A stretch of DNA of 32,000 bases from Candidatus Nanohalobium constans. Its GTDB lineage: Archaea > Nanohalarchaeota > Nanosalinia > Nanosalinales > Nanosalinaceae. This document shows, one piece after another, positions 8,901-15,438 of this stretch. Below the pieces are notes generated by a model. That model made no database searches. It had not been told where the DNA came from and worked only from the letters and a program-made list of their open reading frames with translations. Within the stretch, counting starts at the first letter, position 1, and each line of letters begins with the position of its first letter. Both the position numbers and the translations under genes were made by a program. Location: positions 390,001-422,000 of the forward strand of contig NZ_CP040089.1 of NCBI RefSeq assembly GCF_009617975.1, written 5' to 3'.

Positions 8901-10470
8901 GGTATTTGGGAACTCTCTTGCTGTTGTAGCTGCTAGGGACTTTAACCCTGAGGATGGACCTGAACAGATTGAAAATGGAGAAGGTTACTGGATTGAACCT
9001 GATGATATTAGGTCCGAAGAAGGAAACTATCAAGGCTCTTGGGAAAGTGTCCTAAACTATGATTTAGATATTACAGGTCCTGATGGAGGTCTAGGATTCC
9101 ATACTGATGGAAAGACGTCAATAGATACTTTTTCTGGAGGATCAATCGTAAATACCGATATATTCTTTGAGGGCGAGCCTTCGACGGGTGATGCTACTGC
9201 GGATAATACCAACGAGTATCTGGAGCCTCCTATGTGTGGGGACGATCAGAGGGAATACCTGCTTGAGGAAAGAGGTGAGGTTGTTAATTCGGATAAGTAT
9301 GAAGGCCGTTTTGCCTGTGCTGATGCTAGAAATCATTGTGTTCAGAGAGACTACAGCAAAAAGCTTTACGATACTGGGGAGTACCAGCAGGCGAATGAGG
9401 AGGCAGAGAATAGAGGCAGAGCTAAGTTAGACGATGAGATATGTGCGGAGAGACCTAGTGACGAATTCCCTAACTGGTATGATCAGGACTTCGGTGATAT
9501 TGATGGAGATGGTGAACAGGACACCTGTAAGGTGAATAATCTTTACGGGGATCTGGGTAAAAGATGGTTTGACAAGGAGGACGTTGAAGAGCATCCAAAT
9601 GCGTTTACTGGAGGAATAGATGATGACTCTAATAATAAGTTAGAGAATCAGGGTGAAGCAGATCTAACATCTAAGCCCGAGGCAAGCTCATGGTCTGAAG
9701 ATGAAACACCTGTCTCATCGGGAGAGATTAACACCGATAGAAGCGTGGTCACTAAGGGTTTCTGTGGAGGAGATGATGAATCCGAGTACATCGTGACTCA
9801 GACTTGTGATAGCCGTTTATGTAGTACTGATAATGATGTGATTGGTGTTGCAGAGGATCCTGATAACTGTATCTTGGATCGTGCGGAGGTTGAAGGTGTT
9901 TCAGGCAGTGAGAGGATGCTTTATGATGAAGGTGAAACAGTTGAGGTTTCTACAGGTTCTGATACTCAAGAGTTGGCTTGTTACGGGAGTACGTGGACTG
10001 AGAAATGGCCTGTGAACTTTGCGAGAGATAATGTTACTGTTCCTCTTAATACGACTGGCAGAGTCAGTTTTGAGGTTATCAATGTAAGGGATGATGCATC
10101 AACATTTGATCTGGAGCTGAGTATTCCTAACGGAGATCTTGAAGATCTAACCGTATTTGAGGAGACAGGAACCAACGAAATGACAGTAGATGTAGCTGGC
10201 GGTGCTTCAGAAACCCACGCATTAAACATTAGAGGCAACAAGAGAATCGAAAACTGGGAAGAGATTGAACTCCAGGCTGACAGCAGGGACGGACAGCTAT
10301 CAGGTTACGACACAACATTCGCCAAGATAACAGAAACTGCTGGCACAGGTAATGGAAGCACACCGACACAGGTAAACCGCGACGTACCTGGACTCCAGAC
10401 AATCCAACTAATCTGGATGGCAATGATAGCCTCCACCATCTACTTCCTCACAGCAGGAAGAAACCTCTAA
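5905..10470 (+). CDS. giant acidic Cys-rich cell-surface protein (1521 aa) with N-terminal signal/TM and a PGF-CTERM-like C-terminal anchor
   Basis: Uninterrupted 4.5-kb ORF. A GGAGG lies 13 nt upstream of ATG 5905. An alternative start at ATG 5977 gives MDLYKIGVLLLSVVLLAGFSIGFTG. The protein is D/E/S/G-rich with many Cys and N-x-S/T sequons. A beta-sandwich-like segment (VSFEVINVRDDASTFDLELSIP...) lies near the C-terminus. The tail reads TAGTGNGSTPTQVNRDVPGLQTIQLIWMAMIASTIYFLTAGRNL. Confidence 0.9.
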   Translation: MYSLGCSKRQGFGGYLFEWSGFVIMDLYKIGVLLLSVVLLAGFSIGFTGSTGSYDGGSGSGGDDDFGDGGDVPGDGNSGSDDPSLSPGSCYNDADDDSSGVSDLGDVGCVGPKGFDEIEGNIWDSDLTTTLSGEDPSLSEDESVFFGGSVFTGNDYSPSERSDSRDGSGVVERFIVDMGSEVGTSFGNADNQFYAYGRSGQKEHSGFPEGTVLLSDRVIDSPNPGIGISGVDSGDIVGSEDRCGDGYETDALSKSGDDGVSSATTDCRADNGRVKEKYGVSESSSYEEEQEDGDQSGSQTDGGLYCRDDNEDSSGNDLGLTCTDGEDATCDDGASICGCSASSSTNSPDDAVCDTAEDHSGDEGNDYWYIQGESLIKDSCEVVQSDVTYAEGSKGSSATCTDYSQVTQGGSCMTCSTAGSTTYPGGEGAEVTGDNRDWVKDNSENCNVYNVVDGGGESGGSDEALSKPDNDAAATFTDFEAHEDSSWGSDGRVWCGYESTLTVDADGPQGNGDGFAVIHDGSVVATESPDGSDSVGQSVFVSDGSTSSTGRDYTDMIENEFSCDNGKSSCLVYVDFQTSDSGWSTHTQSRDNAIDDAVEIDTSESSLLTADESYSVCKNINRINEKNGNGQDELIDCDYESNRDSGSSYSSDHDVSPLPEACGDEESEHLIQFEGTEVDEDDVQNTKSTSSQVNGDLAFAQKCVDWGEDTGGFGNSLSADACVRNGTAYSEGTVINVARGGVETDYEEGGDSPDWEVCADIGDNGDEGDDLPWDNGEDNDQSAKDYGGEWYDLDSQKVQDYVRSNTGILQDDSNDLGSNGDPHRLSFYWRENPNPYHSDYNPQGGKAGTALEDDCGPNVDCNDEELQSSSNPSFFNFLNDPEGTRDEDFSPQGGSTEGGIYEADSFFNPPGRLNKLQEDTDQLEPGMDTTFPLLSEIDKWSDSIGGRDEADMFALTESLSWSISNRGVPYSPGSAPYHKDYSGSERSDPQDSSVSKEDKVFGNSLAVVAARDFNPEDGPEQIENGEGYWIEPDDIRSEEGNYQGSWESVLNYDLDITGPDGGLGFHTDGKTSIDTFSGGSIVNTDIFFEGEPSTGDATADNTNEYLEPPMCGDDQREYLLEERGEVVNSDKYEGRFACADARNHCVQRDYSKKLYDTGEYQQANEEAENRGRAKLDDEICAERPSDEFPNWYDQDFGDIDGDGEQDTCKVNNLYGDLGKRWFDKEDVEEHPNAFTGGIDDDSNNKLENQGEADLTSKPEASSWSEDETPVSSGEINTDRSVVTKGFCGGDDESEYIVTQTCDSRLCSTDNDVIGVAEDPDNCILDRAEVEGVSGSERMLYDEGETVEVSTGSDTQELACYGSTWTEKWPVNFARDNVTVPLNTTGRVSFEVINVRDDASTFDLELSIPNGDLEDLTVFEETGTNEMTVDVAGGASETHALNIRGNKRIENWEEIELQADSRDGQLSGYDTTFAKITETAGTGNGSTPTQVNRDVPGLQTIQLIWMAMIASTIYFLTAGRNL

Positions 10471-10520
10471 GATCTATTTCTTTCTAAAAAACACTCCCAT
10501 ACATTGTTAAGTTTTCAACT

Positions 10521-10537
10521 GCATACTATTAGTATGC
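10521..10537. promoter_or_regulatory. perfect 17-nt palindrome GCATACTATTAGTATGC overlapping the RHH antitoxin start codon (candidate autoregulatory operator)
   Basis: I checked base by base: 8-bp arms around a central T. ATG 10534-10536 lies inside the right arm. RHH antitoxins classically bind palindromic operators at their own promoters. Confidence 0.5.
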
Positions 10538-10749
10538 CAACGACAAGTGTTGAAATTCCTGAAGTTTTGAAGAAAAGAATAGAGCAGAAGGTTGAAAGTG
10601 GAGAATACACCTCTAATTCTGACTTTATCCGATATGCTGTTCGAAGAATGCTCGATAAGGAGGACACACTCAGCCCGAAAGCAGTTGCCGAACTGAACAA
10701 GAGAATAGACTACAGTGGAGAACAACTGACAGGCCTCGAAGAGGCATAG
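10534..10749 (+). CDS. ribbon-helix-helix (CopG/ParD-like) antitoxin
   Basis: MPTTSVEIPEVLKKRIEQKVESGEYTSNSDFIRYAVRRMLDKE shows the typical RHH pattern (beta strand, then two helices). A 17-nt perfect palindrome overlaps the ATG. The RelE-like ORF starts 7 nt after the stop. I prefer ATG 10534 over the track start 10504. Confidence 0.75.
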   Translation: MPTTSVEIPEVLKKRIEQKVESGEYTSNSDFIRYAVRRMLDKEDTLSPKAVAELNKRIDYSGEQLTGLEEA

Positions 10750-10755
10750 AAACAG

Positions 10756-11058
10756 ATGGATGTCAAACTGACGGAAGAAGCAATCAAAGACAAAGATAGT
10801 CTTTCCCAAGACGAGTGGGCGAAAATAAAAGACAAGATAGATGAAATAACAAACCAACTAAGTCATGAAGGCTTGAAGCTTATTTCTAATCCTTTTCTCA
10901 ATCACCCTATATGGCAATTGACGATAGAAGAGAACCCAGCCAATCATCGAGCATTCATAGATGTTAGAAACTCTCAAATAATCATAATAGCAATTTGGGA
11001 CTTCGAATTCACACACCAAGGAGACGACCACTGGGAAGAACTTACCAATAGAGTGTAA
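10756..11058 (+). CDS. RelE/ParE-superfamily toxin-like protein
   Basis: 100 aa, directly downstream of the RHH gene. The C-terminal half IWQLTIEENPANHRAFIDVRNSQIIIIAIWDF fits the RelE beta-sheet pattern. It is a paralog of ORF 12910-13194 (ANHRAFIDV versus ANHRIIFDF). Confidence 0.6.
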   Translation: MDVKLTEEAIKDKDSLSQDEWAKIKDKIDEITNQLSHEGLKLISNPFLNHPIWQLTIEENPANHRAFIDVRNSQIIIIAIWDFEFTHQGDDHWEELTNRV

Positions 11059-11074
11059 CCAAAATAGGGAGAGG

Positions 11075-11082
11075 AAAATTAA
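11075..11082 (+). promoter_or_regulatory. TATA-like box for proS
   Basis: AAAATTAA is centred about 27 nt upstream of ATG 11106. Confidence 0.4.
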
Positions 11083-11105
11083 GCCTTACCACTCAAACCA
11101 AAGTT

Positions 11106-12605
11106 ATGAGTCAGGAACTTGGAATAACAGTTGACAAACAACAAGATCCTTCCGAATGGTATACACAGGTAGTGAAAAAGGCTGGTTTAGCTAAGTATGC
11201 AGATGTCAAAGGCTGTATGATAATCAAACCATACGGAATGAAGCTTTGGGAAAGCATCAAAGAAAACTTCAATACTAAGATAGAGAGCACAGGCGTAGAA
11301 AACGCATACTTCCCATTATTCATCAGAGAAAGCCAGTTAGAAAAAGAAGAAGACATAGTTGAAGGATTCGACCCAGAAGTCGCATGGGTCACACACGGCG
11401 GAGACGAAGAACTAGAAGAACGAATCGCAGTAAGACCAACCAGTGAATCAGTTATCGCACCATACATGGCAGACGAAATTCGTTCTCACAGAGATCTGCC
11501 GCTCAGAGTCAACCAGTGGGCGAATGTAGTCCGATGGGAAGCCACAGATACAAGACCTTTCCTAAGGACCAGGGAGTTTCTATGGCAGGAAGGACACACA
11601 GCACATGCAACAGAAGAAAGCGCAGATGAAGAAACAATGCTGCGGTTGGAGCAGTACCAGGAAGTTATCGAAGACCACCTCGCTATCCCAAGTATTCTAG
11701 GTTACAAGCCTGAGCATGATAAGTTCCCTGGCGCAAAATATACTACAACGATTGAAACACTGATGCCGGATGGAAAGAGCATCCAATCAGGAACCAGTCA
11801 CCAACTTGGACAGCATTTTGCCGAGGCATTTGAGATAGAGTTCGAGGATGAAGACTCCGAAACTCAGACCTGCTACACGACATCATGGGGGCTCTCCACA
11901 AGGACGATCGGTGCTTTGATCATGGCACACGGTGACGATGACGGTCTTAGATTGCCACCTTCCGTTGCACCGACACAAGTGGTTGTCGTACCTATATTCC
12001 AAGAAGACAACCAGGAAGAAGTCATGGAATACGCCGAAAATGTCAAGCATCAAATCGCCCATTCGGCCGGTTGCGCATGTGAAGAAAGCGTAAGAGTAAA
12101 ACTAGACGACCGAGAACACCGAACACCAGGATACAAGTTCAACGAATGGGAACTCAAAGGAGTACCACTCCGGGTCGAAGTAGGACCAAACGAAATGGAA
12201 GACGACACAGTTACCACAGTCAGAAGAGACAATCAGGAAAAAGAAATGGGAAGAGACAGGAAAGAATTCCTCAGAAACATCAAAAACACGCTCGATGATA
12301 TCCAAGACTCGATGTACAACGAACTGAAAGATTACCAGGAAGAAAACATCAGAGAAGCAGACTCCAAGAATGAAATCCTTGCGACCATCGGCAAAAACCG
12401 CGGATACGTCAAAACCAGGTGGTGCGGCAAAGAATCATGTGAGGAAGAAGTCAAGGACGAAGTATCCGCAGAGATCGTAGTCCTACCATTCCAAGAAGAC
12501 AGTAAACCAGCCACCATACAAGACTCAGATGAAGAAATTGATGGCGAATGCGCGGTCTGTGGTGAAGATGCAGAGCGCTGGGCTTACTTTGCTAAGAATT
12601 ACTGA
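11106..12605 (+). CDS. proS: prolyl-tRNA synthetase, archaeal/eukaryotic type
   Basis: Class II motifs and ProRS-specific stretches are present: VRPTSESVIAPYMADEIRSHRDLPLRVNQWANVVRWE, TRPFLRTREFLWQEGHTAH and a C-terminal Cys cluster. It ends ...WAYFAKNY, as expected for this ProRS type. Confidence 0.97.
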   Translation: MSQELGITVDKQQDPSEWYTQVVKKAGLAKYADVKGCMIIKPYGMKLWESIKENFNTKIESTGVENAYFPLFIRESQLEKEEDIVEGFDPEVAWVTHGGDEELEERIAVRPTSESVIAPYMADEIRSHRDLPLRVNQWANVVRWEATDTRPFLRTREFLWQEGHTAHATEESADEETMLRLEQYQEVIEDHLAIPSILGYKPEHDKFPGAKYTTTIETLMPDGKSIQSGTSHQLGQHFAEAFEIEFEDEDSETQTCYTTSWGLSTRTIGALIMAHGDDDGLRLPPSVAPTQVVVVPIFQEDNQEEVMEYAENVKHQIAHSAGCACEESVRVKLDDREHRTPGYKFNEWELKGVPLRVEVGPNEMEDDTVTTVRRDNQEKEMGRDRKEFLRNIKNTLDDIQDSMYNELKDYQEENIREADSKNEILATIGKNRGYVKTRWCGKESCEEEVKDEVSAEIVVLPFQEDSKPATIQDSDEEIDGECAVCGEDAERWAYFAKNY

Positions 12606-12620
12606 AAAATTAGTTTGGTG

Positions 12621-12854
12621 CTATTGGGAGTTCTTTACTTCTTCCCAGTTATTCCAGTTTTCAGATTCTTTAGCTTCCTTAATATTTTGAACTATTTCAT
12701 CTGATAGTTTTCGGTTGTTGAGTCTGCCTTTGTCTTCTAGAAGTCTTCTTATTGCATCTCTGATGAGTTCGCTTTTGTTCTTGTAAACTTTTTCTTCTCC
12801 GACTTCTTCATCAATTGCTTTTTCAAGACCTGCAGGAATATCGACCGATGCCAT
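12621..12854 (-). CDS. ribbon-helix-helix (CopG-like) antitoxin, paralog of 10534-10749
   Basis: MASVDIPAGLEKAIDEEVGEEKVYKNKSELIRDAIRRLLEDK parallels the first RHH protein (IPEVLKKRIEQKV...SDFIRYAVRRMLDKE). It is transcribed divergently from the RelE-like ORF at 12910. Confidence 0.75.
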   Translation of the reverse strand: MASVDIPAGLEKAIDEEVGEEKVYKNKSELIRDAIRRLLEDKGRLNNRKLSDEIVQNIKEAKESENWNNWEEVKNSQ

Positions 12855-12861
12855 AACAGTT

Positions 12862-12899
12862 TAGCATTAGAGTGTTACTCTTATAGTTCTAATGTGCTT
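12862..12899. promoter_or_regulatory. bidirectional promoter: central TATA-like CTTATAG flanked by imperfect inverted repeats TAGCATTAGA / TCTAATGTGCTTA
   Basis: The 55-nt gap between ATG 12854 (minus strand) and ATG 12910 (plus strand) is roughly symmetric about 12882. The TATA-like core at 12880-12886 lies about 28 nt from both start codons. The half-sites flank it. Confidence 0.4.
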
Positions 12900-12909
12900 A
12901 ATCAATTAC

Positions 12910-13194
12910 ATGGTTTTTGAGGTAAAGCTCTCAGATGCAGCCAAAAAGCATCGAAAAGAGTTAGACGAAGATATTAGAGAGCTAGTAGATGAAGCCATTG
13001 ACGATATAAAGGAAGAAGGTCTAAATCACGAAAATGCTGGTTTCTTAAGCGATCAGCGCTTCTCCGATACAGCACTCTACAGATACAAACTTGTGGAAGA
13101 TAAAGCCAACCACAGGATAATCTTCGATTTTATAGAAGGTAAAACTATTAGGATATTCGACTTAGGGCATAGAGACTGGATATATGATGAATAA
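12910..13194 (+). CDS. RelE/ParE-superfamily toxin-like protein
   Basis: MVFEVKLSDAAKKHRKELDEDI...ALYRYKLVEDKANHRIIFDFIEGKTIRIFDLGHRDWIY matches the RelE pattern (YR.r....yRiiy...k.i.i...gHR...Y). I prefer ATG 12910, which lies 28 nt from the TATA-like box. The track start 12892 falls inside the operator-like inverted repeat. Confidence 0.65.
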   Translation: MVFEVKLSDAAKKHRKELDEDIRELVDEAIDDIKEEGLNHENAGFLSDQRFSDTALYRYKLVEDKANHRIIFDFIEGKTIRIFDLGHRDWIYDE

Positions 13195-13361
13195 AAACTA
13201 TCGAATTCTACATAAAACTAAATCGTTCAGCCTCTACTAATTATCACCTTTCATCACAATGTTTCGATATTATTCTCAAAGTTACGCAGACTTTCATCGA
13301 CAAACCCCGAAGAATACTAGCCTGAAAATTTCTAGCATTAGAATCATTTTTGGGTTAGATG

Positions 13362-13369
13362 TTTAATTT
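13362..13369 (+). promoter_or_regulatory. TATA-like box for the MNT-HEPN operon
   Basis: TTTAATTT is centred about 25 nt upstream of ATG 13390. Confidence 0.4.
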
Positions 13370-13389
13370 CTTGTCTTCAATAATTAGGT

Positions 13390-13713
13390 ATGGTTTTGGC
13401 TTCGGAAGAGGATATCAAGGATTTTGCTGAGGATGTCCGGGAAGAGTTCGGTGATCGAGTCGAGAAGATACTGCTCTATGGTTCTTACGCTCGTGATGAG
13501 CATGTTCCTGGTAGTGATGTCGATATAGCAGTTCTCGTCAGTGAGAAGAGAGATAATGATAGAGAGAAATTGTTTGACATTGCTGAAGACTATCGCTGGG
13601 ATAAAGATATTTTCTTCTCTCCGCGGGTGTTTGAACTGGACAAATTTAAGCAGAAAGCGGAAGCCAGCCCAGGTTTTTACTCCACAGTAAGTAAGGAAGG
13701 TGTAGAAGTATGA
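13390..13713 (+). CDS. minimal nucleotidyltransferase (MNT) of an MNT-HEPN module
   Basis: LLYGSYARDEHVPGSDVDIAVLV matches the GSxxRGx(n)SDxD Pol-beta nucleotidyltransferase motif. The stop overlaps the HEPN start (ATGA at 13710-13713). Confidence 0.9.
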   Translation: MVLASEEDIKDFAEDVREEFGDRVEKILLYGSYARDEHVPGSDVDIAVLVSEKRDNDREKLFDIAEDYRWDKDIFFSPRVFELDKFKQKAEASPGFYSTVSKEGVEV

Positions 13714-14069
13714 CAAAGGAAAAGATTGAGGAAGCAGAGAAAAGACTTTCAACAGCAAAACTACTGTTAGAAAATGAGAGATTCGAGGCTGCTGTATCCA
13801 GAGCATACTACTCCATGTTCCACGCAGCCAAATCACTGCTTCAGACAGAGGACTCGTCACCTAAGACGCATGAAGGAGTAAACAGCGAACTTGGAAAACT
13901 TTTCAGAGACAGGATAGACTTAGAGCTACTGAGAGAATTTTCCAGGATAAAACAGCTAAGAGAAGATGCCGACTACGGAGCAGAAAGCAATATAAGCAAA
14001 CAAAAGGCTACAGAAGTAGTAGAGACAGCCGAAAAATTCATTTCCCGAGCCAAAGACATTACAAGATAA
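13710..14069 (+). CDS. HEPN domain protein (toxin partner of MNT)
   Basis: 119 aa, helical. AEKRLSTAKLLLENERFEAAVSRAYYSMFHAAKSLL...LREDADYG is typical of the MNT-associated HEPN family. It has a 4-nt overlap with the MNT gene. Confidence 0.9.
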   Translation: MTKEKIEEAEKRLSTAKLLLENERFEAAVSRAYYSMFHAAKSLLQTEDSSPKTHEGVNSELGKLFRDRIDLELLREFSRIKQLREDADYGAESNISKQKATEVVETAEKFISRAKDITR

Positions 14070-14120
14070 CACTTTTCACAAGCCTCCTTATTCTTAACTT
14101 TCAGTTGTCACCTCACTTAC

Positions 14121-15389
14121 ATGATTCTCAAAAACATCAGTTACCTTGTCACACAGAATTTCGACAGGCAAATCCTGGAGAACATAGATGTGAAAATTTC
14201 TAACAACGAGATTTCTGCTATCGGCCGCAACCTCTCAACTAGAAATGAGGAAGTCTTGGACTGCTCCGACAAAGTTGTGATGCCGGGTCTGATTAATGCG
14301 CATACTCATGTCTCTATGACCTTGCTCAGAGGAATTAGTGATGACCTGGAGCTTAATGATTGGCTCCATGATGTTATCTTTCCAGCTGAAGAGAAATTAG
14401 GTCCAGAAGATGCTTATGTCGGTGCTAAGTTGGGTTGTCTTGAGATGTTGAAGTCTGGTACGACGACTTTCAACGATATGTACGACCATATGGATCAAGT
14501 GGCTGAGGCTGTTGATGAGACAGGTATGCGAGCCGTCCTTTCCCGTGGAGTCTTGGATGTCGACGGCAAAGGTGAGAAGAGGGTTAATGAAGCCGTTGAT
14601 TTTGCTATTGACTACAACGACCATGGCAGGATTACTCCTGGTTTTGCTCCTCACGCAGTTTATACTGCTTCTAGTGATGTTTTGACGAATTTGAAGGAGT
14701 TTGCTGAGGACAGGGATACTGTGTATCATATCCATGTTTCCGAGACCCGGAGCGAGGTCGAGGACTTTGTGAAGGAGAACTATGCGACTCCTCTGCAGCA
14801 CCTGGATAACCTGGATCTGGTCGATGATAACTTGATTGCGGCGCACTGTGTCTGGATGATGGATGAGGAGAAGGATATGATGGAGGAGAAAGGAGGAACA
14901 GTTGTCCACAACCCGGCCGCCAACCTGAAACTTGGGAGCGGAATCGCCGATATACCGGACTTCCTGGACAGAGGAATCAATGTCGCATTAGGTACTGATG
15001 GAGTAGCATCAAACAATAACTTGAATCTATTTGAAGAGGCAAAACTCGCGGGATTACTGCATAAGAGGGATAGTCCGACTGAGATAACTGCTCAGGAAAT
15101 ACTGGACATGATGACGATTAACGGAGCAAAGGCTCTTGGCATGGAAGACGAGATCGGGTCAGTAGAGATAGGTAAGAAGGCTGACTTGATTACTATAAAC
15201 TTGAATTCTGAGGAGATGCAGCCTGTTCACGGTAAAGAAGGTTTGATTTCAAATATTATCTTCGCTTTTGATGGTAAAGTTGAGGATGTAGTGGTTGATG
15301 GCGATTTAGTGGTTAAGGAGAGTAAGCATTCCTCTGTTGATAAAAAAGATGTTTTGGAAGGAGTTGAGGAGAAGAAAGGTAAGTTTTAG
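14121..15389 (+). CDS. mtaD: amidohydrolase-superfamily deaminase, 5-methylthioadenosine/S-adenosylhomocysteine deaminase-like
   Basis: PGLINAHTHVSMTLLRGISDDLELNDWL, SGTTTFNDMY, HIHVSET, AHCVWM and ALGTDGVASNN are the metal-binding and signature stretches of the MtaD/DadD subgroup. Confidence 0.88.
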   Translation: MILKNISYLVTQNFDRQILENIDVKISNNEISAIGRNLSTRNEEVLDCSDKVVMPGLINAHTHVSMTLLRGISDDLELNDWLHDVIFPAEEKLGPEDAYVGAKLGCLEMLKSGTTTFNDMYDHMDQVAEAVDETGMRAVLSRGVLDVDGKGEKRVNEAVDFAIDYNDHGRITPGFAPHAVYTASSDVLTNLKEFAEDRDTVYHIHVSETRSEVEDFVKENYATPLQHLDNLDLVDDNLIAAHCVWMMDEEKDMMEEKGGTVVHNPAANLKLGSGIADIPDFLDRGINVALGTDGVASNNNLNLFEEAKLAGLLHKRDSPTEITAQEILDMMTINGAKALGMEDEIGSVEIGKKADLITINLNSEEMQPVHGKEGLISNIIFAFDGKVEDVVVDGDLVVKESKHSSVDKKDVLEGVEEKKGKF

Positions 15390-15409
15390 TAATATTTTTT
15401 CGAAATTGA

Positions 15410-15416
15410 TTTAAAA
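15410..15416 (+). promoter_or_regulatory. TATA-like box for the M20 / enolase-family operon
   Basis: TTTAAAA is centred 26 nt upstream of ATG 15439. Confidence 0.45.
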
Positions 15417-15438
15417 TTGGAGCTGTAGAAGGTTTTCT

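Noticed and set aside
6053-10423. Numerous 60-100-aa antisense and off-frame ORFs within the 1521-aa gene.
   Set aside because: They are compositional artefacts, with H/N/I/T-rich or R/M/L-rich translations. All are nested in one continuous 4.5-kb frame that has signal and anchor features.
13384-13860. A 158-aa minus-strand ORF overlapping the MNT and HEPN genes.
   Set aside because: The plus-strand genes have unambiguous family motifs and a coupled ATGA junction, while the antisense translation has no recognisable features.
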